Origin: Oopsacas minuta
Lineage: Eukaryota; Animalia; Porifera
Assembly (NCBI GenBank): GCA_024704765.1
Contig: JAKMXF010000055.1
Span: 823,264 to 887,263, forward strand
Direction: 5' to 3'
Length of the DNA stretch: 64,000 nucleotides
In this document: one piece after another, positions 41,561-54,830 of the stretch
Numbering within the stretch: the stretch's first letter is position 1
How the letters are laid out: the number at the start of each line of letters is the position of its first letter
Made by a program: the position numbers and the translations under genes
Notes under the pieces: generated by a model
Seen by the model: the letters and a program-made list of their open reading frames with translations, nothing else
Database searches by the model: none
What the model was told of the DNA's origin: nothing

Positions 41561-44500
41561 GTATAAGCGCTGTTTCTATATTCAGCCGTGTATTTCATAG
41601 GTAGATTGATTTTAGTAACAATATTTTACCTAAGGTATGGATGAAGTTGAGATGACACTAAACATTGAATCATCTTACTCAAGAACGTAATTTGATAAAA
41701 GTCTAAAAGCCTGAAGGATTTTTAGGTCCTAGATCGAGCATTTTCAGTACAGGAGTGATATGTACCAAGGTGTATGAGGGTGAATAGAGCCACACTTTTA
41801 AAGTTAGGAACATGTTGATCCAGAATCCTAAACAAGATGCTATAATATTGGTTGCTCAGATACTAAAGACTATCCAAAGGATCTAGAAGTAGTGGAGAAC
41901 CTATGATGTCGCCAATAAATTCACTTACATTGATATGTAGTAAATGCCCAGATTTGATAGAAAAACTAGAGTATAATGGATTAACATCTTAATCTCCATA
42001 ATGATTGCAGAATTATCAGAAGGTATAATATTACAGATTTGATAAGGCAAACAAAAATATTTACATTGCGCACGAAAAGAGAAGAGTTGGTAATATCATA
42101 TTCTAAATATAATCAAAAACAATACGATATTTATTCAAAACGGATCTTTCTGATACAAATCACACATCTCATCATATCTAGGATAAGTAATTCAACATAA
42201 AATTTTGGTAGTTATATGGTTGTTAGGTTAGTGAGTTATATTTGATACCATGGATGACACATATTCAACCAATATATTTTATAACTCGTCGATAGAGTTT
42301 TCTATCTTATAGCCGGCAATAATATGCTGGTAGAAAAACTTGAATAGTCGAGGATTCAAATTAGTGAATCGCGTACAGGAAACAAGATCGAGTACATGAG
42401 GCAATGAATGAGTTGCAACAGAAAACAAAAATAAATATTCTGCGAATAGTCTGAAAATTGTAGAAGTATACTCGCCGGATTAATAAGGGTTACAAGTAGG
42501 TTGAATACGAACTTCTCAGTTGGATTTAATGCCATAATAAACCAAATTGAATAAAAATTACCCAAATGCACTAATTGGAAGCATAAAGTAAATGCTTGGT
42601 GGAAAGAGGTAAATTTACAGTGAAGAAATGGATAAATAGCTAGATAGAGAATACAAGAAATAAAAGAAATAAAAGAAACAAAAGTTTTACATTTATGTCG
42701 TACTATGTAGTAATGCATATTCACTAGTTCATTAGTATAAGGGGATGATAATAAGATATTTCACAGAAAGAGGAATTCCAAAGAAAACATGGCGTAGATA
42801 TGATATGTTCCTCCGAACATGCGATCATGCCAAATCATGGCTATATTTTTGGAGTTCTTTGATAGAACTATTGAGAAAGAACAGCCCTTTTACTTCCAAT
42901 TGAAGCCTAAGGACAGAGATTTAAAAATGAAAGATAAATGGTATTTAACTAACCTGTATATTGCACGGCAAAAAGAATGAAGAGATGTAAGGGCTCATTA
43001 TCAAAAAAGAATCCTTGAAATCTTCCTAAAGAAAAGAAATTGATGTAACAACAATTAGATAAAATTCATGAAGAGATAATCAGATTAAATCGAAATTCTT
43101 ATCTAAAAAGTGGCTCAGAACCAGTGTTGTCCTACCGGAATAATTTAGGATAGATCTGGATAATAAGAGATTGCCTAGCATAATTCTGGCATAATTCTAA
43201 CACAATGAGTACGAAATTCCGGTATAAACTAGCCCAATTTCTTTGTTACCTTGGCATAAATTGATCAGGGGCGGGGTTAGAGAGGAAAAAGATACATACC
43301 ATGAAAGTAGAAGATCAGGTGAAGATAAATGAGCCATAATATTAACTATTGTTAATTACGACAAGATTTTGACGATAATTTAGGGTGGTTCTGTGAGGTC
43401 ATCATTCACTTTCACAGCGTCGAAATTGACCAATATAACTGAGGATACCAAGATAAATTTTCTGAAATAATCATATTTTATGCTAAATTTGGATAAAGGC
43501 ACATTAATCGCTCTGAAGAATATAAATCTTCGTGTTTTAAGTAGAACATGTCCTAAAAAATTGTATATTTAACAAATACTTGGGGAATAACCTAATAATC
43601 ACTTATCAAGCAAAATATTCATTCAAAGAAGTGGTTATATATACCCATTAAAATTTCTTAGTTAATAGACATTTACTTCGGTTGGATAAAGGATGATGAG
43701 TGGGTATAAGGAGATTCGCCGAAGCGACTTCCCTCACTTTTAGAGGTTCTACTGTGCTGTGTAAGCAATATGGTGGATTAAAATGGTTAACGATAGTCAA
43801 AATAATTCTTTACAACCAAATCGTTTACCTGCATTAATTTGCAAGTAAATAATATATATGATTGGGTTCTAACGAAAGCTTTTTGGCCTTTTTCGTGGGG
43901 TATTTCCCGTGGAAAATAACGTTTTGGCCATCCAAAATTGTAGCCCAAGGGAAGGCATTAGGCTTATCAGCGGCTGAGGATGCGGGCCGGGACCGCACCG
44001 CATTGAACATCGTTTGACACGCATTACCCCTCACCGAACCATAGTGCGGGTCAATTGCAGGTTAACGCGGGCCAAGTGCATGCGAATTAGCAATTAGCAT
44101 GGTTTAGGACACTGGGGGAGATTGATGTAGCAAAATTTTCGAGAATATCCAGTCCAAAATAAGTAGGACGATTAGTATAAACAATAAAGTGGCAAAATGG
44201 ATGAAAACACAGCCTACGAAACTGCAGCCTGTCCACAGGCTGGGATTTTCTGAACAATGGGTTACTTTAAGTGGAGTAAATTCAAGTTGCACTATTAAAT
44301 TCTGGATAATATAAATTGGTGCATTTTGGTCGAATAATTGTATTATTATTATTCAAAAATTTACACAAACCCTGTCATCCAAATATTACCATTTAGAAAG
44401 GACGTCATTTGTTTTGTGAAACAGGCAATAAGTTGTTAACAATACCCCCCAATTTGAAGCTTTAATAACGATCACTAGTCCGTCTTGGATTCCAGAAGAA

Positions 44501-45129
44501 ATATCAATTGATCCAAGGATGTGCATATATAAATTCAAAATTTTTGTAATTATAAAGTTGTCAAGTTACTGAGTTGCGTTAGGTACCATGGATGGCAACT
44601 ATTTTAGCAATCTAAACCTATAACCCGATAGTTACTAAAGTAATGGCCAAATCACTCCAGCTAATATGTACTATACACCCAAATTCCTATATCCTAGCAA
44701 TGTATTTTCATACGACATATTGAGGAACTATTGCGCGATCTTGATAATGACCAAAATGGACATTTTCACGATTACGTCACACATTTTTGAGATATCGTAT
44801 CAAAATATCTTACAAAGGTATGGAATGTACATAATATTGGTTGGAATTATTCGAAAATAACTCGTTATTAGGGGATTTTAGCAAATAAGTCCTATACGTG
44901 GTATCTATATACCTCAGTAACGTGTCAACTTTATAAATACAAATGTAATCTTAAAGGTATAAACATCTTAAGATCACTTGAAAATATTTCTGATTAGAAG
45001 ACGCTACAGTGATCCCCCATCAGAGATTGAAAAACAGTGTATTTTAACAACCTTTTGCCCTTTTAGCCAATAGACGAAGTAATTTCAAACTGATAATAGT
45101 TGGAAGATTACGGCTTCTATAGTAACGAT

Positions 45130-46050
45130 GAATAATACATTAATTCGAGGTACTATCGGAGTTAAAGTATTCCGCACTATGTTCGATGGGGAAATGTCGG
45201 GATTCTTACAGATGCAGCAGGTGCAAAATGTCAACTGTGTACTGGTACCTACGATCAAATACATGATCTAGAATTGATTAAATCTGGCTTTCCATCAACT
45301 GAACTATTTCTGCTGCTAAAGAGATACTTATTCAAGTTAACAAAAGTAATACATATTACTTACACATTCACAAAGATTTGGCTGAATCCCTTGAGCCCAT
45401 ATCCAATTTAGACGCTATTTGTGCTTCTCCACTTCACTCTTACGCATGTGGTTTCCGCTGGTTCATGTTAATTGTATATCATCTACATTTAGGATCGAAA
45501 AATTGTCACCAAAGTGTGCTAAAGTGAAAGATTCCTCAAAATTTGTACAAGTTGTTTGTAAGAGAAAATAATTTGAAAATAGATCAACCGTCAAGTTCAG
45601 GCGAACCATTTCCACCGTTAATATAGCGCGAAGTTGCTTTGGAGATAAAGGAAAAAGGTTTTACTTACTGGATTACATCTTTAGCCCTGTTCTATGAGCA
45701 TTTACTTACCATGACGGTTTACTTACCTTCTCTATTATTTCTATCCACTATGGCTTCACGATTTATACTTCGTACTACACATCTACTTATTCGGTTTACA
45801 TTATATTTATACACGTAAGCAACTATTTCAAAGTTATTGTGATTTCTAAATCAAACCATCTATTCTAAAGCAATAGTATCACTAAAAGTATACGAATTAT
45901 CGAAGGAAAGATACGTTATGAATTAGATCAATAACAGGTTCATAGTGTTTAGATGCTTATAAATACAGAGCAGGATTGCTGAAATTGTGGTGGTTTGAGC
46001 AATATCTACAAGGTGTTTTAAAATTGAAGTCGTATTTTCTAAATTTGTTT
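45130..46050 (+). pseudogene. RAG1/Transib/Chapaev-like transposase remnant
   Basis: RTMFDGEM, then (frameshift) GILTDAAGAKCQLC..DLELIKSGF; EPISNLDAICASPLHSYACGFRWFMLIVYHLHLG; IDQPSSSG..STVNIARSCF; QVHSV...GGLS. Same order as recalled RAG1 motifs (YDEK, CTLC, DALH, GNFARK, NYFHK). Confidence 0.65.
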
Positions 46051-46106
46051 ATTCTGCACCCATGCAATAATATGTGTATTTAAACTCACAATGGTAATTT
46101 ATCTTA

Positions 46107-49100
46107 CAGGGTTCTATTGAGTAATTATATCATTCATTAATCGAAACATTTCATAGCTTCTAGTTCCATATCCAATTTAGCTAAATCTTTGCATAATGTA
46201 ATGGTGAAAGAATAGAGTATTATGATTCGCTAACAGCTGTTGAGATACTACAAGCTGGCTCTTATCAAAAGTTTGTGTCTCTCAAACTTGGAGTTAATAT
46301 CCGTACAGTTCAGCGTTGGTGGCGACTTTTCAGGAATGGTTTGTCATTAGAAAAGAAAGTGGGATGTGGCCGTAAATAGTCCATATCGAAAGTTGCCAAG
46401 ATTGTAATTACTAAATTAATTGGCAAAAAACGACAGTCTGTACGTGGTCTATCCAACAAACTGAAGTTGAAAGGCCATTCCGGATCTCAGAGTACAATGT
46501 ACCCAGGGGCGGACTGGCCTACGGGGAGACCGGGAGATTTCCCGGTGGGCCGATAGGTAGATGGGCCGGTGAGCTTCTGACACCCCCTACGCAAAACCTT
46601 CCAAACACAATATCAGAACTGGGTCCACACCTGTACCATGTAAATACTGTTGAGCGATCGAAAATATGGAGATTTTTAGTGTCAGCCCTTAACATTAGAT
46701 TTCAATTTAATTATACTATTCAGTTCTCAATTCTTAGATTATTTAATATTTTTACTAAAATAACGTTATGATAGATGGATATAACAAGCAGAAAAGGAAA
46801 GGAGGAGCTGAAAAAATTCGGGATAAAAAGAGGTTACAGCTCAAAGATGCTGCTAATCGACCTGGACAGCAGAGAATTGGATCGAGAACTTCATCTGAAT
46901 CCACTATACCTGTGCAAATCGGGGTATGTATTGCTGTAGTTGAGTCCTCAATTACCAAAACAGGTAGTGAACAAATTCAAAAATGTAGTATAGAATGTCA
47001 AGGATCTGATACTGATTCCAGTGGAGAACAGATGGATGACTACACTTAAGAAGCTCATGTTGTTGTCCCGACCAATGTACTCAGAGCTGAAATCGGGACA
47101 ACATTATATGAAGATGAATTGACTATGGAACAATCCCAGAATATAGGGAAGAAGCACATAATGTTGGCTTACCAGAATGTGTAGATGCATATTTCACCAA
47201 ACCTACAGAAATGACAGAAATTCCTTTTTCCATTACCACCCACAACAACCACTTACTAAGATTCCATTCAATCCAGAAAAAGCATATAAGAGGGGTGGTT
47301 TTTCACGTCATTGGTAAACATTTTCTGAATCTAAAAAGGCTTTATTTTGTTCTGTCTGTCTGGCATTTAGCAAACCGTCTGAGTCCAACAAATTTACTCT
47401 TGGAATGAGTACTTGGAAGCATGTTTATCAAAGAATTGAAGAACATAAAGTTCTCAATATCACAAGCAAAATACAGATGCTTTCTTAATTTAATACACTC
47501 TTCTGAATGTGATATTTCCTTTCTTTTGGTAAGAGACGCTACAAATATACGCAAATCACAGGTTATTCAAAACGCAAAGTTATGGAACGAATTATTGATA
47601 AACTCATGTTCATAGGAAAACGTGGTCTGAGTTACAGAGGTAATAAGGCTGAAAGTGCCTTTCTTTTAGATGATCCGTTAATTGATCATGGTAATTTTTT
47701 AGAACTTTTATTGTTACTGTCAAAATACGATGAAATACTAAGAGTTAATCTTGACAAAGTCATATGTGAGAGCAAGAAGCGACACAGTTCGCTTTGTGAA
47801 GGCCAAAAGGCCGTAGATCTCTCCTCACCCTTATTTCCAAAACTATGTTAAACTACATTCTTGAGGCAATCCATCAGCCACAGCTTGATTTAATAGTTCA
47901 AGAAGTGAAAAAACCCGGGATCGATTCCATTCAGATCGATGCAACTCAAGATATCACAACTACAGATCAGTGTTCAGTAATTATTCGTTATGTAACTGAT
48001 CAAGTACATGAACGTCTTCTTGCTTTCGTAGCCAGTTACTCAGGTAAGGGGTCAAGGTTATTCGAAATGCTTCACACTATTTCGAAAACCAATAATTTGA
48101 AGATTTCTCATTGCATTTCTGACAGTACTGATGGTGCAGCCAACATGGCTGGGCAATATAATGGCCTCATGGATAAAACAAGCATCGCTTAATCATAATC
48201 ATGTATGGTGTTATGCACATGTATTAAATCTGGTCATCACAGAAGCCACATCCTCAAATTCAGCTTCTATTTCTCTTTAGGGATTACTGAACTCCTGCGC
48301 TACTCTTTCTCTAATTCCTACTTGAGAATGAACGCCTGGAAAGGCAATCTCAGTGAATCAAAAGGATCACATAAGCTGAAACATCTTCAGGCAATAGGAA
48401 CTACTCGTTGGTGGTCAAAAGACAGAGCACTAAAAATATTTTGGGAATTGGAAGGATCCTTTCAATGCATTATTTGTAAATCTTATTGAGGTTTGGATTC
48501 AATCTCCAAAGCAGCTGAAATGAACGCAAAGGCAAGGTTGATGCTCAGGCATTACTGAGTGGCCTAATAAAATATGAAACAATTTTGGTTGCACATATTT
48601 ACCCTAGATTATTTCAAGTGACTACTCCACTATCTGAATACCTTCAAACTTCTGGTCTCGACTTTATACAAGCTCAAGGAATGACTGTAACAACTATGGA
48701 ACCCCTTAGGAGAATGAAAGATGAATTTGAGTCCATTATACTAACTGCTGACAAAATCATTGAATCTCAAAATGAAAAGCTAGAATTATTATACTGTGAT
48801 ATTTTTCTTGATAATTCACTTCCTCTTAGAAGATACAGAAAGAAAATATAATGCCAGGTGACGAAGCACCAGATGAGTCACCAACTGATGCACTGGAAAG
48901 ATTTAACATTGAAACTTTTAATGTAATATAGATACAACTATACAAAGTATAGAAAGAAGGTTTCGAATACATGAAGATCTCTATGTTTCAATTTCTTAAT
49001 TTGATCCTCGCAATTTTGACAAGATAAAGTTACAAAATACCTTGCCGGATTCCGCAATAGAAAAGGTGTCTACTTTACTTAAACAACATTTTCCAGAAAT

Positions 49101-50400
49101 CAAAGTGGATGATTTAAGAGATGAACTCATTTTGCTTGCTAATAATTGGTCAGCATTCCAGAAAGTTCTGCCTGAAAACTATCAAACACTAGTTGAAAAT
49201 GAAAGTGATGATCTGGAAACGGGACACGAAAAGAGCTGCAAGAACTGTATGACATGTGTTTATACGTGTCTATTAAGATACAATATGTATGTTAGATCAT
49301 ACCCTACACTTTTTGCAGCTTACAAGTTTCCATTGACAATATCAGTTACACAAGTTGCATGTGAACGATCGTTCTCTAAATTGAAGCACATCAAAACAAA
49401 ATATCGCAATCTTCTAACACAAGAACATCTGGAGGGATTCATGATGATGTGCGTAGAAAAGGACATTTTAGCCCAAGTGGACACCGAGAAAATAATCAAT
49501 CATGTTGCGAATAAAAGTCAGGAATTGTCAAAGCTTTTACAGTTTTAGGTTTGAAAACACCATATAGAATTTTGTATAAAAAATAAATCTGTTTTTAATA
49601 AAGTGGGCCGGTTTAATAATATTTTCCCGGGCCGAATATTTGAGCCAGTCCGTCCCTGCAGTGTACCTTTATTCGACAAAAGAAAAGGGCATAAAATATC
49701 ACAAACGCCAGCGGCAGCCGTTAACAACAGAGAAAACACATGGCTGCTAGGTTAAAATTTTGTAAATAACGTATCACTTGGACAGCAAATGATTGGAAAA
49801 CATATTATTAATAGATGAACCACCGTTTGAGTTAAATCATCCTCTAAACAATAAAAATGATTGTATTTGGGCGAGAAACACATTGGATGTCGAGCCCGTT
49901 CAGACAGTGAAATTTCCAAAGAAAATTCAAGGATGGGATATGATGTCACATCGTGCACTGCCGGAATTACTCTTCATTCCCGTTGGGCAAACTGTATCTG
50001 CAGAATACTATGTTAGTGAGATACTGGATAAAACTTTAATGTCTACAATGAATAGAAAGCAAGAAAGAGGCACAAGGCAAACATGATACAAAATTGATTG
50101 AGAAGTAACCTAAATGTCCAGATTTGAGTTCTATTAAGAACATATGGTCGATTTTGAAAGATGAGCTAGATTCAATAAGTGAGTCAAAAGACACAAAAAT
50201 ATTGGATAATCGACTAAAAACAGCATGGTCCAATATTTCATCAGAGGTTTTGGGCAAATTGATGGATGGGTTACCAAAACGAATCCATAAGTGTATTGAA
50301 CTCAGTGGTGAATATATTGGCAAATAATTGTAGTAATATTTCTATTATTCTATTAATTATGTAATATTGTATAACACGAAATCAATTGTGGAACACCCTG
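46107..50400 (+). mobile_element. Tc1-like element of the same family as 34280-35626, interrupted by a hAT and internally deleted
   Basis: Right TIR GAACACCCTG+TA; left TA+CAGGGTTC is degenerate. Sequence GVNIRTVQRWW...KVAKIVITK...(hAT)...KRQRQPLTTEK...VKFPKKIQGWDMMSH...GEYIGK* parallels the 34.3-kb transposase. The QQDGAPAH segment is missing. Confidence 0.85.
46504..49658 (+). mobile_element. Full-length hAT element (TTF zinc finger/DUF4371/hATC), 3155 bp; transposase pseudogene ~46769-49548
   Basis: TIRs CAGGG(G/A)CGGACTGG with GGGCCG subterminal motifs. Flanks CAATGTACC / CAGTGTACC. Motifs LSYRG..GNFLELL, IQIDATQDIT.DQCSVIIRYV, TDGAANMAG, TTRWWS and VACERSFSKLK. Confidence 0.97.
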
Positions 50401-53129
50401 TATATATAAATACAACTTAGAATGACATTCGTTTTCTTGGTATTAGAACAGTGCTGCTAAGTGAATTCAGAAAAATTATAGAGATTGACTAAAATATACG
50501 TAGAAACCAAATTTTTAAGGGAACATATAAAATCCCTTAATGACCTTCAACAGGCATAATTTGATTTTACAAATGTTATTAGCTAACAACTTTATATGAA
50601 TAATCATTAATACATGCAGATATATGGACGCTTTCTCCTTTCTAAACAATAAGCTATAATCACTATCAGATGTAACAAACTATCAAAGTACTACTTTATA
50701 TGGTCGTACATACTTTGAGAAAATCACTCGTACATTTCCGAAGTATGTACAAACGTTGAGAAATTCTGAATAATGACCTTCATCGTTAATAAAAAGTACT
50801 ACACTTCCATGTAATTTGCTAGAAATATGTAGAAATAAGTCTTCATAAGTAGATACGTAGAGAACAGTCAAATTTAGTCTACGTAAGATTACGTAGACTT
50901 GGCAGCACTGTATCAGAGTGTCAATTTTTAAACGAATATGTCAACATCCAGCATTTTTGGAAAAAGCAATTATTTGAACTTCTGACAATACCAGCTGCTA
51001 TTAGCATCTATCAAAGATTTCTTAAATATATTTTAGGAATGTTAAATTCAAATTTCGTCTCACGGTATCATGAAATATAGCTTTCTCCCTCTGTAACAAT
51101 AAAGCGAGAAATTACCCCTCGATGAGCATTAACACAGCCTCTTTGAAAGGCTCTTCCAATAATGGTTACCAAACCTTTCCAGGTGAAAATGATCCCCACT
51201 TTGCTCACCTGTGAGTTTAGTGAACTTTCTAGTAACTGTAAATGATGCTCTTTAGCGTTTCCTTGAGTAATTTTAGGAATTTAGTGACTATAGCTTCATT
51301 TGAAACAAGAACTGTTTTATATATATTAAATGTGTCACTGGATCGTAAGATATCCCAATAAACATGCCGAATTTGGAATTCCATCCTAAACTAATGTTTC
51401 TGAATTCGTTGAAGTGATGTCTCGAATAATACCACTTTGATTGAGATGTTATTAGATGTTTATTAACTATCATATGTCAACAAACTAGATTTAAGTTAGT
51501 CATCGAGTTGGAACCGAATAGAAGGCCCTCAAAGAGAGTACATCATTCCAAATATCAAATTCTCTGGTGTTAATCCACATTACTAAATCTCAATTGTCTG
51601 TTATCAAGGACAAATAAACAGAATGAAATATTGAATCTGTGTATAATTCTCAAATAATAATAAATAAAAAGCTACTAAATAATTCGCGAATAGAAATAAA
51701 TTACTTTAAAATTGTTGCATACTTGAATGCATAGAATTAAAATCGAATAAGTAGATGTGTAATTGGAAGTATAAATTGTGAAACCATAGTGGATAGAAAT
51801 AATGGAGAAAGGTAAGTAAACCGTCAGGGTAAGTAAATAGTCATACAACGCCCCATATCTATATCGAGATTCTTTGGAAAAGATACAAATCAATCTCCTG
51901 TAATTTTGCGTATCTTTGGCTCTGGCAGATAAATAGAACAGAACACCTTGACTTTGTTTGCCGTGAAACGTATGTGCTCATATTAACGCAGTTTCCGTCG
52001 GTTAACAATAGTCCATCTTTAAATAAAATGTTAACTCATGGCAACGAATTGATCAAAGAATGTGACAACAGCTGCGGTTTGAAAAGCATTTCCGAAAAGG
52101 GACATAGAAAACATTGATCTAGCGACATAATTCGTGGAATACAATATCTTGCCAAATCTATGAATTTTAGTAAATTGAAGCCAATGGCACTTCGTATTTT
52201 GAGTTGGTATTTTGACAAACTATTACTCTACGATTGATTATTACGGTGTAATCCTAAATATTTTGGCTTGTTTTTGATTCCAGGCAACATTGTAATCTAT
52301 AAAACCACAAATCACATTGTTGTCTATAATACAATGGAATTCACTCCTGAAGAATACAAACGAAGTCTTTACAATTCATGATGGTCATAATTACATTGAG
52401 TCAAAACCAACCGGAACCCTAAACATGCTATCTATAGGACAAGATGCAAGGGACTAGTAAGATTAATCGTGAAACAAAATTAATCACCCCTTTGAAAGAA
52501 CACAATCACAAAACAATTAGATTTTGTCCTTTAACTGCATCTTGATAATTATCCTATATACTACCGGGTGGACAAATAAATGGGGTACCTCCACTTTTCG
52601 ATTCCTTTGACTGACATAATGTATATTATTTCCAATTTATATAGTAGACAATATCTAATAGCTCACAAGTTAATTAGGTACTTAAACGAAGCGACTAGTT
52701 GGAAACAAATGTCACACTGTAGTCTCCTAAACAGGAAGGATTCAGGAACCAGATAGAAGCGAATACAAAAATCGATGATACAGATATACTGAACAACTTG
52801 TAGTGGATGAAGGTGTGCTCGAGATTAACTTCACTACTGATGAGATGATACATGTTATATTTTCGTTTACTTTGCAAAACACTTAATGTTGAATTTGTCC
52901 GAAAAGGTATTAATTCAAGATAATGAATACATAATCGTGGTGCCAACACAAAATTGAATATATATTTCAGTATATAAGAAAACAGAATGGTATTTCCCTC
53001 AAAACATTGATTGAAAGAAAGAAAGACATATCCAACCACATATACTGTCAGCGACTCTACCTGATTGCCATAAACGAAAACCAAACTGTTCCAGGCAACG
53101 TGATGTATTAAACACCCATGGATCACTTA

Positions 53130-54830
53130 CAGAGAATCCCAAGACAAAGCGTACTGTTTTCCATATATAGATTTCAACTTCACAATATTACAGGACAAGT
53201 TTACAAAATGGGATTTTGAATAATTGAAAGTTTGAGGTGAAGACAAAGCAAGGGCTGAGCAAACATGTTACAACTGAAGTGCACATTATGGCAATGATGA
53301 AATGGGAACAGTATAAGTCTCAACCTGCTAAGATTCAGGAAAGACTTAACCGTCGCATGCTGGTGGATACAATAGAAGCTATTTCTGTAACTTGTTATGT
53401 ATATCAAGTTGTTTCGTCTTCCAGAAGTTGCATTTCGAGGTTAGGAGGAGACCATGCCGGTTCAGTCAGTAGAGGAAACTTCAGGGACCTCCTTGCATAA
53501 GATTTCGAGATGCATTCCAAAGTCCTAGCGAAAAAGAAGACTGTTATGGAGCAGTATTCAATTATCCTGATTTCATCAGTAGGACAGTCTACACAGAATT
53601 TATCTCAACCATGGCTAGCTAGATTAGGAAAAATTGCAAGAGAGATTGCTCAACAATATTCAACACATTAGTCATTGAAGGAACTAGGATGAAAGTGGAA
53701 ATTAGCAACTCAGTTTATGTGTACGATATTACTCAAGACCTGTTCAAAATGAATAATTAATTGGCTCAGAAGTGCTATAGTCCGTGAAGCTAAAGATATC
53801 ATCCAAATGCTTTCTGGTATTGCGTGACACTTGTTGGGTTAGCAGCTGATGGTTCTGTTGTACCATGGGATTACCAAGTGTGCAAGCAGTACTTAAAGAG
53901 GACATCAGTTGCATATCTACGTGCACTGTGATGCTCATAGGCCAGCATAGGTATAATTTAGTTTTAGTAAAGGCTCTCAAAAATGTGTGTCCAAATATGA
54001 CCAATATAGTGGACAAGATCCACTGGCCATTCAATTCGGTTAAAAGGAATGATAGATTTTAAGCTGAACAACATACCCTAATTCTCAATGTATTAGCTAA
54101 AGATTCCATTAGAATCAAAAACAAGGTGGCCCTCCATGTTATAAGTTATACATCTTATATTACTCTCGCAATAAACCGATAAGTTGATTCCAATTAAAGT
54201 ACAGAGGATGACAACAATGCAGTTCTAACTGCTTACGATCCTTACCATAAGATTGCATTTGGGAATTTCATAATTAATTGCGTTGTAGCTGAGGAATGTC
54301 CTTACATTTATTCATAGCTTGAGTGAATATTTACAGAGAGCATCAATTGAGTTTCATCATGCTACGCAGGTTATTAGAACCTATAAAGAAATGATTAGTG
54401 AGTTGGGAAACGAAACGAATGTCACTGAAATGTTGGAACAGGAAGAACAAATCGGCAATAATTGATGTATTCACTTAAAATGAGAGTTCACCAGTTAACA
54501 TGACCTGAAGTTCAACAGAACATGTTGATTACTTGAGTTATATACAATCATTTCAACAATGGATAGCCAAAATGTCTTGGTTGAATTAGAATGCGATTTG
54601 CCGATACTGGAATGGCGCTACAAAAGCCATGTATAGTCTAAATGTAGAAACATACACTATAACTGAAATGTGTCATCTGGGAACAGAGAGAAGAATACAA
54701 CGTATCCTAATGAAAGAGTAAGGTTAGAAAATCTGGCTCTTGGTAAGTGAGGATAAAGTAATAAGATTATAGATTTCAGTCAAACAAAATAAAATTTTTG
54801 CACATTGTAGCCTAATCACAATCCTGATAA
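53130..54830 (+). pseudogene. Decayed hAT (DUF4371/ZMYM1-like) transposase
   Basis: KHVTTEVHIMAMMKW, GDHAGSVSRGNFRDLL, VQAVLKE, YVHCDAHR, KTRWPS, RLENLAL in order; many frameshifts. Confidence 0.75.

Noticed and set aside
42590-42800. pogo/Tigger CENP-B-type HTH remnant on + (GGK..YSEEMDK; GMIIRYFTERGI)
   Set aside because: Weak resemblance with no DDE core or TIR seen. The overlapping 122-aa minus ORF 42356-42724 is an antisense shadow of A-rich DNA.
43974-44012. Hammerhead ribozyme (CTGAGGA followed by a stem)
   Set aside because: No GAAA after stem II and no stems I/III found.
52695-53126. Longer hydrophobic ORFs (52695-53126, 21322-21732, 7319-7723, 1426-1797) as membrane or host proteins
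   Set aside because: Composition fits T-rich or antisense frames, with no motifs or splice support.
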